64,000 bases of DNA from an uncultured Clostridia bacterium (GCA_947623655.1 CANQHG010000007.1:20390-84389); one strand, 5' to 3'. Counted from the stretch's first letter, positions 48,130-57,419 are shown. Program-made: numbers and translations. The notes: a model not told the origin generated them from the letters alone.

Positions 48130-49071
48130 ATGGCGATAGATTTTCATGCGCATATCATCACCCCCGAATATAAATGGGGATTAAAATCTTTGAATATCGA
48201 CCCTCTTGCCGTAGACGGGTTTGCGCTTCCCGATTGGAGCGCGGAAGCCCATCTCGAATTTATGCGGGAAGCGGGAATAGAGAAAAGCATTCTTTCCTCG
48301 CCCACGCCGCATTTGTTGGGGGACGGCGGAAGGCTCACGGCGAAGATCCACAGGGAAGTCAACGTTTCGATAGCGGAAGTTTGCAAAAAACACCCCGATA
48401 AATTTTCTTTCGTCGCTTCCGTTCCTCTTCCGCATATCGAGGAAGCGATCGAGGAATACCGCTTTGCAAAGGAAAAGCTCGGAGCGGTCGGGGTAAAACT
48501 TACAACGCACGCGGGCGGCGTCTATTTGGGCGATCCCTCGCTCGACGGGTTTTAGGAAGAACTGAACAGGGACAATGCGCTTGTCATCGTTCACCCGCAG
48601 AGAGCGCAAGAATATCCAAAAACGCCCATTACGGGAACGGTCGCCGCGATTTTCGAGTACCCGACCGATACGACGCGGGCTGTCCTTAACATGATGGCGC
48701 GCAAAATCATGACGCGTTTTCCTAAAATTCGCTTTGTTGTTCCGCATACGGGGTCATTCCTGCCCTATATGTTGCAGAGGTTCGCGGGTGTTTCGGGTAT
48801 CCTTGCCTCTATGGGCATGATGGAGAGCGTGGACGTACAAAAGGAATTTGCGAATTTGTATTTCGACATTGCGGGCGATCCCGAACCCGTCGCGCTCGAT
48901 ATGCTTCTCTCTGTGGCGGGCGAAGATAAAATTGTGTACGGGAGCGACTTCCCGCACTCTTCCGCGAAAGTCGTTCTCGCAAAGAAAAAGCATTTAGAAG
49001 AAAGCCCGCGTTATGAGCAGCTTCTCCGTAAGGTTTACGGGGAAAACGAAAAAAAGTGTCTTGGAAAATAA
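48130..49071 (+). pseudogene. Amidohydrolase-2 (ACMSD-like) family gene interrupted by an in-frame TAG
   Basis: IDFHAHII metal motif...LDGF-TAG(48553-48555)-EELNRDNALVIVHP...VVPHTG...GSDFPH, one continuous frame with no other stop. Confidence 0.7.
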
Positions 49072-49342
49072 GAAGAAACGAGAGCGACCCACACCCGACG
49101 CACTTTTCGTGCGTCACCCGGTTGCAGCGGTCTCTGCCGCCGGAGCCCTTTCGGCGAGGCCACACTTCAAAGGGGAAGGCGCGTCTGTATGGCATTTCTG
49201 CGTCAGCTTAAACCGCGCATAAGCGCGTGTCGAAGGATCCCCTCAAACGTAGTCCGTGTGTTTGAAAAAAGGCGAGATCAAGGAAAAGGAAGAACTTGCC
49301 GCCGCGCTCGACTTGCAGATCGTTCGCGAAAGAAATAAACGT

Positions 49343-49372
49343 AAAACGGGCGGGAATTTCCCGCCCGAAAAA
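49343..49372. terminator. Bidirectional terminator
   Basis: AAAACGGGCGGGAATTTCCCGCCCGAAAAA, 10 nt beyond the lipoprotein gene stop. Confidence 0.7.
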
Positions 49373-49381
49373 CTTAAAGTC

Positions 49382-49807
49382 TCATTCGGCTTCAAAATAG
49401 AATTCATGCCCCATGCAATAAATCTTATTTTTCCAGTCATATGCGTATAAGGTAAAATTCTGATTGTCGCCTTCGTTCATCTCGACATAAAAAGTAATGC
49501 TCCTTTCGGCTACATAACCATAATCTATTTGTTTCACACCGTCTGCAACATGATAAAATACGAAATAGGCATCACCATGATCTATAGACGCCACAAAACC
49601 ATCCGTTCCTTCCACAGGTTCTGTCAAAGAAAGAACTATCTTTGATTCAGGCGTAAAAAATGGAGTATCCTCTTCATAGTCTTTTATATTAAAATTGCCC
49701 GGTTGGAAATCAAGAGAATAATCTCGCCAATCCTTGCAAGCAGAAAGGCAAAAGCCTACGCATACCAAAAAAATCGTCAGAATCAAATGTTGTGTTCGCA
49801 TCCGCAT
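49382..49807 (-). CDS. Hypothetical lipoprotein (low-GC)
   Basis: Signal peptide plus lipobox LILTIFLVCVGFCLSAC. No family recognised. Confidence 0.55.
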   Translation of the reverse strand: MRMRTQHLILTIFLVCVGFCLSACKDWRDYSLDFQPGNFNIKDYEEDTPFFTPESKIVLSLTEPVEGTDGFVASIDHGDAYFVFYHVADGVKQIDYGYVAERSITFYVEMNEGDNQNFTLYAYDWKNKIYCMGHEFYFEAE

Positions 49808-50257
49808 CTAGTCTCACCATCCACCATAAAGATTTCTCTATGTACATGTTCCGTTTCTTTGCAAATTATCGACCAGTCATCCACATTTCCAGAAAGTGAT
49901 AAATTAAGGAATAGCCCGCACATCAACAACGCAATTACAGATTTCTTTATCTTCTCCTCGTTTTCTTAAATTATTGTACATGCTTAGCTTAATAATTTTA
50001 GCATTAAGTTGCCTAATTGGATCATCTACTTTCCTTGATTATCAAAGTGCATTGGCAGACACCCCCGTCACTCAGATTCTTTGGCAAAAAAGATAAAATC
50101 TTTTCCAAATAATATCCCTCTACAGGACTAAATTATATTATAGCACGCGCTATTTGTCAATATGCATTTGGAAGAAATTTCCATTTATTCAACATGTTAG
50201 AAATAATAGTTACGCTCTTCACGTTTGAAAAAAAGCAAAAAAACATGTGCGCGATAC

Positions 50258-50286
50258 TTGCTTTTTAAGCGTCTGTTGTGTATAAT
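50258..50286 (+). promoter_or_regulatory. Promoter of the decarboxylase operon
   Basis: TTGCTT, 17 nt spacer, TGTATAAT (extended -10), 44 nt upstream of the ATG at 50331. Confidence 0.5.
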
Positions 50287-50330
50287 GATATTTGGTAGAG
50301 ATTAGTATTTTTTATCTCAAGAGGTCATGA

Positions 50331-51671
50331 ATGGATAAAATTTCTTTGTTGCGAAATCGGAAAGAGGCTGTCTTGCAAGCGGGGCATGATATCCGCTCGC
50401 AGATCTCGGCACTTTGCGACGACGGCAGCTTTGTAGAACTGTCTGCATTCAGTTTTTCAAAAACATTCGACGATCGGGATGCTCTCGGAGAAGGGGTGGT
50501 AACGGGGTTTGCCACTATCGGCGGGTATCCTTTTTATATTGTCGCCCTTAACTTTGCTATTTCCTATGGCGGTCTTTCGAAAGGGAATTGCGAGAAGATC
50601 GCAAAGACTTTGAATGCTGCCGAAAAGGGCGAGGCGCCTGTCGTGTATTTGTTGCAATCACAGGGCGTCCGCGTGGGAGAAGGAATTGCCGTGATGGAAG
50701 GCATCTCGACTTTGCTCCTGAAAGCAACACAACTCAAGGGCAGCGTTTTGCAATTTGCGGTCCTGCTTGGCGAGGTCTACGGATCTGCCGCGGCGCTCGC
50801 GTCTGTCTGCGACTGTGTGCTTTTTTGTAAAAATAGCGCTCTGAGCCTCACTTCTCCGCTCGTTCTTTCCGCCAAAGAGGGGAAAAACCTGACAGCGGCG
50901 GAAGTCGGTGGGTTCGATGCCATGAAAAATGCGCTTCTTCCCGCACTGAAAGTAAACGATGTAAGAGAGGCGGCGTCCGCAATTTTAAAAATTTCGGATC
51001 TTGTCGGGCTTCCGGTTGTCGATGCCGATCTCAACGAAACATCGCCCGCGCTCAACGAACATGCGGATGTACAGGCGCTCAAGGGACTTTTTGAGGACTA
51101 TATCGAACTCGGTGAGAACAGTTGCCCGGAGGTCAAGACGCTCCTCGGCCGCATCGGCGGGCTTTCCGTGGCGGCAGTGCTCTTCGACGGGGTGCGTTTA
51201 AATGCCGCTAACATCAGAAAAATCAAAAATTTTGCTGAGTTTGCATGCTGTTTCGGCATTCCCTTTATCACTTTTGTGGATTGCATGGGGCTTGAAGCGA
51301 CGCTCAGCGCGAATAATAGCGATGTTTTAAAGGAAATCGGAGAATATCTTTCGATGTTCGATGCGATCGATACTGCAAAGATCTCCGTTGTGACGGGCAG
51401 AGCTGTTGGGCTCGGATACAGTCTGTTTGCCGCAAAATCGATCGGATTTGACTACGTTTATGCCTTAGCGACCGCACAGATATCTCTCTTTGAGGATGAG
51501 GCGGGCGCGCAGATCGAACTGCGAGAACAAGGCGAGGCGGCAATCGCTCGCTATAGAGAAGAGCTGGCCGATCCCATACACGCCGCAGAGGGGGGGTACC
51601 TCGATAATATCGTTGAACCGCAATTTCTCAAACAATATTTGATCGCGTCTTTACAGACGCTCATAAAGTGA
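50331..51671 (+). CDS. Acyl-CoA carboxyltransferase-like subunit (12S/MmdA/GcdA family), short and divergent
   Basis: Two crotonase-like carboxyltransferase halves (GVVTGFATIGGYPFYIVALNF; GIPFITFVDCMG; VVTGRAVGLGY). 446 aa. Confidence 0.7.
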   Translation: MDKISLLRNRKEAVLQAGHDIRSQISALCDDGSFVELSAFSFSKTFDDRDALGEGVVTGFATIGGYPFYIVALNFAISYGGLSKGNCEKIAKTLNAAEKGEAPVVYLLQSQGVRVGEGIAVMEGISTLLLKATQLKGSVLQFAVLLGEVYGSAAALASVCDCVLFCKNSALSLTSPLVLSAKEGKNLTAAEVGGFDAMKNALLPALKVNDVREAASAILKISDLVGLPVVDADLNETSPALNEHADVQALKGLFEDYIELGENSCPEVKTLLGRIGGLSVAAVLFDGVRLNAANIRKIKNFAEFACCFGIPFITFVDCMGLEATLSANNSDVLKEIGEYLSMFDAIDTAKISVVTGRAVGLGYSLFAAKSIGFDYVYALATAQISLFEDEAGAQIELREQGEAAIARYREELADPIHAAEGGYLDNIVEPQFLKQYLIASLQTLIK

Positions 51672-51678
51672 GGAAAGT

Positions 51679-52014
51679 ATGCTGAATCTTCTTGACGGAT
51701 GGTTGAAAGTCGATCTTGGCGAGGGCGCGTTTTATGCCGTATTGGGCTTTGCGTTTGTTCTGGTCGGCATCATTGTGTTGATCGCCATTTTTACATTACT
51801 CGGTTTTCTTATGAAAAAACTGAACGAGCGTGCCGCGGCAAAGAAAAATACGGACAACTCGCCCGCAGTACAGAGCGCGGGAACATATGCTTCTTCCGAT
51901 CCAAAAGACTTCTCGGAGGAGACGGTTGCGGCGCTCATGGCAGCGCTCATGGCGTATTATCAGAATGAAAATGCGAAGTGCGATTTTGTCGTGCGGCGCA
52001 TCAAGAGATTATAA
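51679..52014 (+). CDS. OadG-family small membrane subunit of a Na+-translocating decarboxylase
   Basis: Single TM helix AVLGFAFVLVGIIVLIAIFTLLGFLM then a soluble tail. Position within the operon. Confidence 0.65.
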   Translation: MLNLLDGWLKVDLGEGAFYAVLGFAFVLVGIIVLIAIFTLLGFLMKKLNERAAAKKNTDNSPAVQSAGTYASSDPKDFSEETVAALMAALMAYYQNENAKCDFVVRRIKRL

Positions 52015-52040
52015 GTTTTTCAGAAATAAAGGAGTTCAAA

Positions 52041-52394
52041 ATGCGCAATTTTATTGTAACGGTAAACGGCAGACAGTATGAAGTCGGCGTTGAAGAGATC
52101 GGCGAAACGAATGTGCCTAAGGCGGTTCCGCTTGCGGCGCCTGTTCCCGCGGCGGCGCCCTCTCCCGCCCCTGCAGGCGGAAAGAGGACGAAAGTGCTCT
52201 CTCCTTTCCCCGGGCTCATTAAAAATCTGCTTGTGGAAAACGGCGCTTCCGTCAAAAAAGACCAGCCCATTCTCGTGCTCGAGGCTATGAAAATGGACAA
52301 CGACATCACTTCGCCCTGCGATGGGACGGTAACATTCAATGTGCAGAAAGGGGCGAACGTTGAGTCGGACGCACTTCTTGCGATGATCGGTTAA
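52041..52394 (+). CDS. Biotin carboxyl carrier protein (biotinyl domain)
   Basis: Ala/Pro linker then the LEAMKMDNDI biotinylation motif. ATG follows AAGGAG. Confidence 0.88.
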   Translation: MRNFIVTVNGRQYEVGVEEIGETNVPKAVPLAAPVPAAAPSPAPAGGKRTKVLSPFPGLIKNLLVENGASVKKDQPILVLEAMKMDNDITSPCDGTVTFNVQKGANVESDALLAMIG

Positions 52395-52406
52395 GCGGAG
52401 AGGCCC

Positions 52407-53588
52407 ATGCAAAATTTACTTGCGCTCGACATCGGAAAGATCTTTTCCGATTTGTGGAACTCCATGGGACTTTCGCAGGGGACTTGGCAGAACTATGTCA
52501 TGCTCGCCATCTCCTTTGTTTTAATGTTCCTGGCGATCGTCAAGAAGTTTGAGCCGATGCTCCTGTTGCCGATCGCATTCGGCATGTTCCTCATCAATAT
52601 TCCCGGCGCCGAAAAGGTGCTATGGGGCACTTACACAGACGAGGCGCATACCTACGATCTTGTGGAAAACAGGGGACTTTTGTGGTACCTCTATTATGGC
52701 GTGGATAAAGTGATCTATCCGCCGCTCATTTTCTTGGGAATCGGGGCAATGACTGACTTCGGTCCGCTTATCGCAAATCCCAAGAGCATGCTCATCGGGG
52801 CGGGAGCGCAGCTCGGCATCTTTATCGCGCTCTTCGGCGCTATGTTGCTCGGATTCGGAGGAGCGGAAGCCGCGGCGATCGCTATCATCGGCGGTGCGGA
52901 CGGCCCTACGGCGATCTACGTTGCAAAAACGCTTGCCGAACATCTTTTGCCCATGATCGCGATTGCGGCCTATTCCTATATGGCGCTCATTCCCGTCATT
53001 CAAAAACCCGTTATGCGACTTCTTACGACGAAAAAGGAGCGCATGATCCGCATGAAACCGCTTCGCCAGGTCACAAAAGCGGAGAAAATCATTTTCCCGA
53101 TCGCGATTACGTTGGTCGTCGGGCTCATCCTTCCCGATGCGATCCCGCTTCTCGGAATGTTGATGCTCGGCAATTTGTTCCGCGAATGCGGTGTGGTTGA
53201 GAGACTTTCCTCGCAGGCGCAGAACGGTCTCATGAACACGGTAACGATTTTTCTCGGCATTGCGGTCGGCTGTAAGGCAAAGGGGGATATTTTCCTCACG
53301 ACGGATACGTTGAGCATCATCGTTATCGGCGTCGTCGCATTTTACTGCGGCACGATCGGCGGGATTCTCACGGCAAAAATCATGTGTAAACTTACGCACG
53401 GGCAGATCAATCCGCTCATTGGCTCGGCAGGCGTTTCGGCTGTGCCCATGGCGGCAAGAATTTCCGAGGATGTCGGGAGGGAGTACGATCCCTCTAACCA
53501 TCTTCTGATGCACGCAATGGGGCCGAATGTCGCCGGCGTTATTGGTTCGGCGCTGGCGGCAGGTATTCTGCTTGCGATCCCTTGGTAG
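52407..53588 (+). CDS. Na+-translocating decarboxylase beta subunit (OadB/MmdB/GcdB family)
   Basis: Polytopic membrane protein with IIGGADGPTAIY and SAGVSAVPMAAR, typical of the beta subunit. Confidence 0.88.
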   Translation: MQNLLALDIGKIFSDLWNSMGLSQGTWQNYVMLAISFVLMFLAIVKKFEPMLLLPIAFGMFLINIPGAEKVLWGTYTDEAHTYDLVENRGLLWYLYYGVDKVIYPPLIFLGIGAMTDFGPLIANPKSMLIGAGAQLGIFIALFGAMLLGFGGAEAAAIAIIGGADGPTAIYVAKTLAEHLLPMIAIAAYSYMALIPVIQKPVMRLLTTKKERMIRMKPLRQVTKAEKIIFPIAITLVVGLILPDAIPLLGMLMLGNLFRECGVVERLSSQAQNGLMNTVTIFLGIAVGCKAKGDIFLTTDTLSIIVIGVVAFYCGTIGGILTAKIMCKLTHGQINPLIGSAGVSAVPMAARISEDVGREYDPSNHLLMHAMGPNVAGVIGSALAAGILLAIPW

Positions 53589-53611
53589 AGCGAAAAGAAG
53601 GAGTTTAATGT

Positions 53612-55063
53612 ATGTCTAAGAAAGTTTTGATCATGGATACGATCTTGCGCGACGCGCACCAATCGCATGCCGCAACGCGTATGCGGACGGAGCAGATGAT
53701 TCCCGTGCTTGCGCAACTCGATGAAGTCGGTTACTATTCACTCGAGGGCTGGGGCGGCGCAACGTTCGATACTTGCATGAGATTTTTGAATGAAGATCCT
53801 TGGGAAAGGTTGCGAACGCTCCGCACTTATTTGAAGAAGACGCCCATTCAGATGCTTTTGCGCGGGCAAAATCTTTTGGGCTATCGGAATTATGCGGACG
53901 ATCTTGTCGATAAGCTCGTCGAAAAATGTTTTGAGAACGGCATCGGCGTCATTCGCGTCTTTGACGCGCTCAACGATCCGCGCAACATCGAAGCTTCGAT
54001 GAAGGCGATCAAAAAATACGGTGGACAGCTCAGAGCGACCGATCCCGCCCGCGGTATTGCCGAGGCGGCAATTTCCTATACGACGAGCCCCGTCCACACC
54101 CTCGAATATTTTGTAAAACTTGCAAAGACCTACGAAGATATGGGCGCCGACAATATCTGTATCAAGGATATGGCAAATCTCCTTTTGCCGTTTGACGCCT
54201 ATAAGCTTGTCTCCGCGCTGAAAAAATCTCTCCGACCCGAAACGAAACTGCATCTTCACACGCATAATACGACAGGTACGGGCGATATGGTTAATCTGAT
54301 GGCGATCGAAGCGGGCGTTGATATCGTCGACACTGCGCTTTCGCCTCTGGCTAACGGTACATCTCAGCCTGCGACCGAGTCGCTTGTGGCGACGCTTCGC
54401 GGCACAGAATACGATACGGGCATCGATCTCAATAAATTGATTCCGATAGCCGAACATTTCAAAAAAGTTGCTTCCCAACTCGAAAAAGACGGTTCTCTCA
54501 ACCCGAAAGTGAGGCAAGTGGATGTGAAAACACTCATCTATCAGGTCCCGGGCGGCATGCTTTCCAACCTCATGAACCAACTCAAAAAAGCCGGTAAAGA
54601 GGATAAATTATCGGAAGTGCTTGCGGAAGTTCCCAATGTCCGCCGTGACTGCGGGTATCCGCCTCTCGTCACGCCGTCGTCGCAGATCGTCGGAACGCAG
54701 GCCGTGATGAATGTTGTCATGGGCGAGCGGTATAAGATGGTGACGAAAGAGACCAAAGATCTGTTCGCGGGAAAATACGGCCAGCTTCCGATGCCTGTCG
54801 ATAAAGATGTTGCGGAAAAGGTCCTCAAGGGGGAAAAGCCCATCACGCACCGCCCGGCAGACGATTTGGCGCCCGAATTCGACAGGCTGAAAGAGGAGCT
54901 GTTCCAAAAGGGATTTTACGCGCAGCGGGAAGATATTCCCGACGAAGATGTGCTTTCCTACGCGTCTTTTCCCGAAGTCGCCGAGAACTTTTTCAAATGG
55001 AGAAAGGCTTCGCGTGAGGGCGTCGATATGGATATGGCAAAGACGGGCGTCTATCCCGTCTGA
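53612..55063 (+). CDS. Oxaloacetate decarboxylase alpha / transcarboxylase 5S-type carboxyltransferase, without biotinyl domain
   Basis: ILRDAHQS, HLHTHNTTG (HMGL-like TIM barrel) and YQVPGGM. 483 aa with no AMKM motif. Confidence 0.88.
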   Translation: MSKKVLIMDTILRDAHQSHAATRMRTEQMIPVLAQLDEVGYYSLEGWGGATFDTCMRFLNEDPWERLRTLRTYLKKTPIQMLLRGQNLLGYRNYADDLVDKLVEKCFENGIGVIRVFDALNDPRNIEASMKAIKKYGGQLRATDPARGIAEAAISYTTSPVHTLEYFVKLAKTYEDMGADNICIKDMANLLLPFDAYKLVSALKKSLRPETKLHLHTHNTTGTGDMVNLMAIEAGVDIVDTALSPLANGTSQPATESLVATLRGTEYDTGIDLNKLIPIAEHFKKVASQLEKDGSLNPKVRQVDVKTLIYQVPGGMLSNLMNQLKKAGKEDKLSEVLAEVPNVRRDCGYPPLVTPSSQIVGTQAVMNVVMGERYKMVTKETKDLFAGKYGQLPMPVDKDVAEKVLKGEKPITHRPADDLAPEFDRLKEELFQKGFYAQREDIPDEDVLSYASFPEVAENFFKWRKASREGVDMDMAKTGVYPV

Positions 55064-55123
55064 GAAAAAGTGTAAAAACAGATGAATGCGAGGGCATTGC
55101 CCTCGTTTTCTATGGGGATCGTG

Positions 55124-56347
55124 ATGAAAGTTGTTGTCATCGGCGGGGGCGCGAGCGGACTCATGGCGGCATATGCCGCCGCAGAGAACGGAAACGACGT
55201 GACGCTCGTCGAAAAGAATGAAAAACTTGGGAAAAAGATATATATCACGGGCAAGGGAAGATGTAACGTGACGAACGATTGCGCCCCCGATGAATTTTTG
55301 CAGAACGTCGTGCACGGTGAAAAATTCATGCGCGGTGCGATCTATCGTTTTCCGCCTCAACGGCTGATGGATTTTCTGGAACGCGAGGGGTTGCCGTTGA
55401 CTGTCGAGAGGGGGAATCGTGTCTTTCCCGCCTCCAATCACGCGAGCGATGTGACAAAAACGCTTGAAAAAGCATGCAAAAGGGTGGGTGTTACCTTCGA
55501 TTTTAACACTGAAGTTTTGAAAATTGACATTTTGCATAGTACTATGCGTGACGTAATAACCAATAAAGGCATTTTGGAATGCGATGTAGCTATTCTTGCG
55601 ACAGGAGGGCTATCGTATCCGTCTACGGGTTCGACGGGAGACGGATATCGAATTGCCGGCGAGCTCGGGCATACCATCGTTCCATGTAAACCGTCTCTTA
55701 CAGGCCTTAATTGTAGGGGAGATTTTATGGCGGTGCAGGGCGTTTCTGTCAAAAATGCCGTTCTTACAGCGAAACAGGGGTCAAAAGTCATTTTTTCAGA
55801 ACTCGGCGAGTTGTTGTTTACGCATTACGGCGTGAGCGGACCTCTTGTCCTCACTCTGTCCGCACTTGTCAACCGCATGTCCTTTGAAAATTTAAGTATT
55901 TTTGTTGATTTCAAGCCCGCGCTCGACGATGTTGCGCTCGAGATGCGGCTTAAGAGAGATCTGTCTGAGCGGAAAAACGAGCAGATGAAGAGCGTGATCC
56001 GCGGTCTTTTGCCGGCAAGTTTGGGGATTTCTGTATTGGAGTATGCGCATATCCCGCTTTGGAAGCAGGCAAATGCCCTCACAAAGGAGAAACGGCGGGA
56101 TCTCTTGCATCTACTCAAGGCCTTTCCGCTCTATCCCGTTTCTCTGCGCGGGTTCAACGAGGCTGTCGTAACGTCGGGCGGAGTCGACCTTAAGGAAGTC
56201 GATCCCAGGACGATGGAGAGCAAGAAAATAAAGGGGCTGTATCTGTGCGGCGAAGTTCTCGATATCGACGCATTTACGGGCGGTTTTAATCTTCAGCTTG
56301 CTTTTGCAACGGGGTATATGGCGGGAAAATCCGTCGGAACGAAATAG
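55124..56347 (+). CDS. NAD(P)/FAD-dependent oxidoreductase, HI0933/BaiN-like
   Basis: VVVIGGGASGLMAA, ITGKGRCNVTN, ATGGLSYPSTGSTGDGY and DAFTGGFNLQ. Alternative ATGs at 55082 and 55112. Confidence 0.85.
   Translation: MKVVVIGGGASGLMAAYAAAENGNDVTLVEKNEKLGKKIYITGKGRCNVTNDCAPDEFLQNVVHGEKFMRGAIYRFPPQRLMDFLEREGLPLTVERGNRVFPASNHASDVTKTLEKACKRVGVTFDFNTEVLKIDILHSTMRDVITNKGILECDVAILATGGLSYPSTGSTGDGYRIAGELGHTIVPCKPSLTGLNCRGDFMAVQGVSVKNAVLTAKQGSKVIFSELGELLFTHYGVSGPLVLTLSALVNRMSFENLSIFVDFKPALDDVALEMRLKRDLSERKNEQMKSVIRGLLPASLGISVLEYAHIPLWKQANALTKEKRRDLLHLLKAFPLYPVSLRGFNEAVVTSGGVDLKEVDPRTMESKKIKGLYLCGEVLDIDAFTGGFNLQLAFATGYMAGKSVGTK
55529..55558 (+). repeat. Dispersed palindromic motif, copy E (ATTTTGCATAGTACTATGCGTGACGTAATA), inside the flavoprotein gene
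   Basis: 30 nt with 1 mismatch to copy D. Translated in frame as LHSTMRDVI. Confidence 0.9.
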
Positions 56348-56411
56348 CGTCATTTATTTGACTTTTACAAAGTAATTATTTATAATGAATAAGAGAAACA
56401 CGGAGGAGAAT

Positions 56412-57419
56412 ATGGTAGTTATACGCGGCGCGACGACGATCCCGTGCGACACGAAAGAGGAGATCCAAAAGGCCGTTTCCGAACTTTTGGAGCAGATCGA
56501 GAGCAGAAATGCCTTGAAACGGGACGAAGTGGTCAGCCTCGTCTTTTCGAGCACTTGCGATATTCATTCTTATTATCCCGCCAAGGCGGCGCGGGAAACA
56601 GGATTTATCAGCTGTTCGCTCTTTTCGGCGCAGGAACCCGAGATTGACGGCGCTCTTCCGCTCTGTATCCGCTGTATGCTTTTCGTAGAAAAAAATCTTG
56701 CGCCTTCGCATGTCTATCTCCGCGGTGCAAAAGTACTGAGAAAGGATCTTGCCGGAAAGTTCAATGTCGCGATTGACGGCCCTGCCGGAAGCGGAAAATC
56801 CACAGTCGCGAAGCGCATCGCGAAAGATTATAATATATTGTATCTTGACACGGGCGCCATGTACCGCGCATGCGCTTTGAAAGTGCTCGAAATGGGGATC
56901 GATCCGACCGATGAAGCCGCGATCGTCGCTCTCATGCGCGACGTGAAACTGGACGTCGTATACGAAAACGGCATTCAGAAGACAATGCTCGATGGGAAAG
57001 ACGTCTCCGAAGAGATCCGTCAAAACCCCGTTTCCATGGCTTCTTCGTCTGTATCCAAACACATGAGCGTGAGAATGCACCTTGTGGAAAAGCAACGCGA
57101 GATCGCGGGGAAGATGTCGTGCGTGCTCGACGGCAGGGATATCGGTACGTTTGTACTTCCCGATGCGGATTTCAAATTCTACCTCACGGCTTCGCCCGAT
57201 GTCAGGGCGAAAAGACGGTTTGATGAACTAAAGGCAAAAGGTACGGAAGTTGATTTCGGCCGTTTGAAAGAAGAGATCGTCCATCGTGACGAACAAGATA
57301 TGAACAGGGATTTCGCTCCCTTAAAACGAGCGGAAGACGCCGTCCTCATCGATACGTCGGATATGACGATAGACGAAGTGGTTGCCGCGATCGAGCGGTC
57401 TATGCAGGAGAAGATATGA
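56412..57419 (+). CDS. cmk: Fusion protein: AroH-class chorismate mutase (N-terminal) plus cytidylate kinase (C-terminal)
   Basis: N-terminal VVIRGATT, PAKAARE, CIRCMLF and HVYLRGAKVLRKDL resemble B. subtilis AroH. The C-terminal half has IDGPAGSGKST, LDTGAMYRA and DGRDIGT (Cmk). Confidence 0.85.
   Translation: MVVIRGATTIPCDTKEEIQKAVSELLEQIESRNALKRDEVVSLVFSSTCDIHSYYPAKAARETGFISCSLFSAQEPEIDGALPLCIRCMLFVEKNLAPSHVYLRGAKVLRKDLAGKFNVAIDGPAGSGKSTVAKRIAKDYNILYLDTGAMYRACALKVLEMGIDPTDEAAIVALMRDVKLDVVYENGIQKTMLDGKDVSEEIRQNPVSMASSSVSKHMSVRMHLVEKQREIAGKMSCVLDGRDIGTFVLPDADFKFYLTASPDVRAKRRFDELKAKGTEVDFGRLKEEIVHRDEQDMNRDFAPLKRAEDAVLIDTSDMTIDEVVAAIERSMQEKI

Noticed and set aside
46677-48555. Programmed recoding (selenocysteine or pyrrolysine) as the main explanation for the two in-frame stops
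   Set aside because: The stops are TAA and TAG, not TGA. TAA and TAG terminate many ordinary genes in this window, and no pyl or sel genes or SECIS-like hairpins were seen. Nonsense mutation or sequencing error is more parsimonious.
49810-49965. Minus-strand signal-peptide-like frame upstream of the lipoprotein gene
   Set aside because: It has no canonical start codon before the hydrophobic segment, and its frame is offset from the downstream gene. It is probably a remnant.
42600-50330. Prophage or ICE
   Set aside because: Only a lone tyrosine recombinase is present. There are no capsid, tail, terminase, relaxase or T4SS genes, and I found no direct att repeats at the borders.
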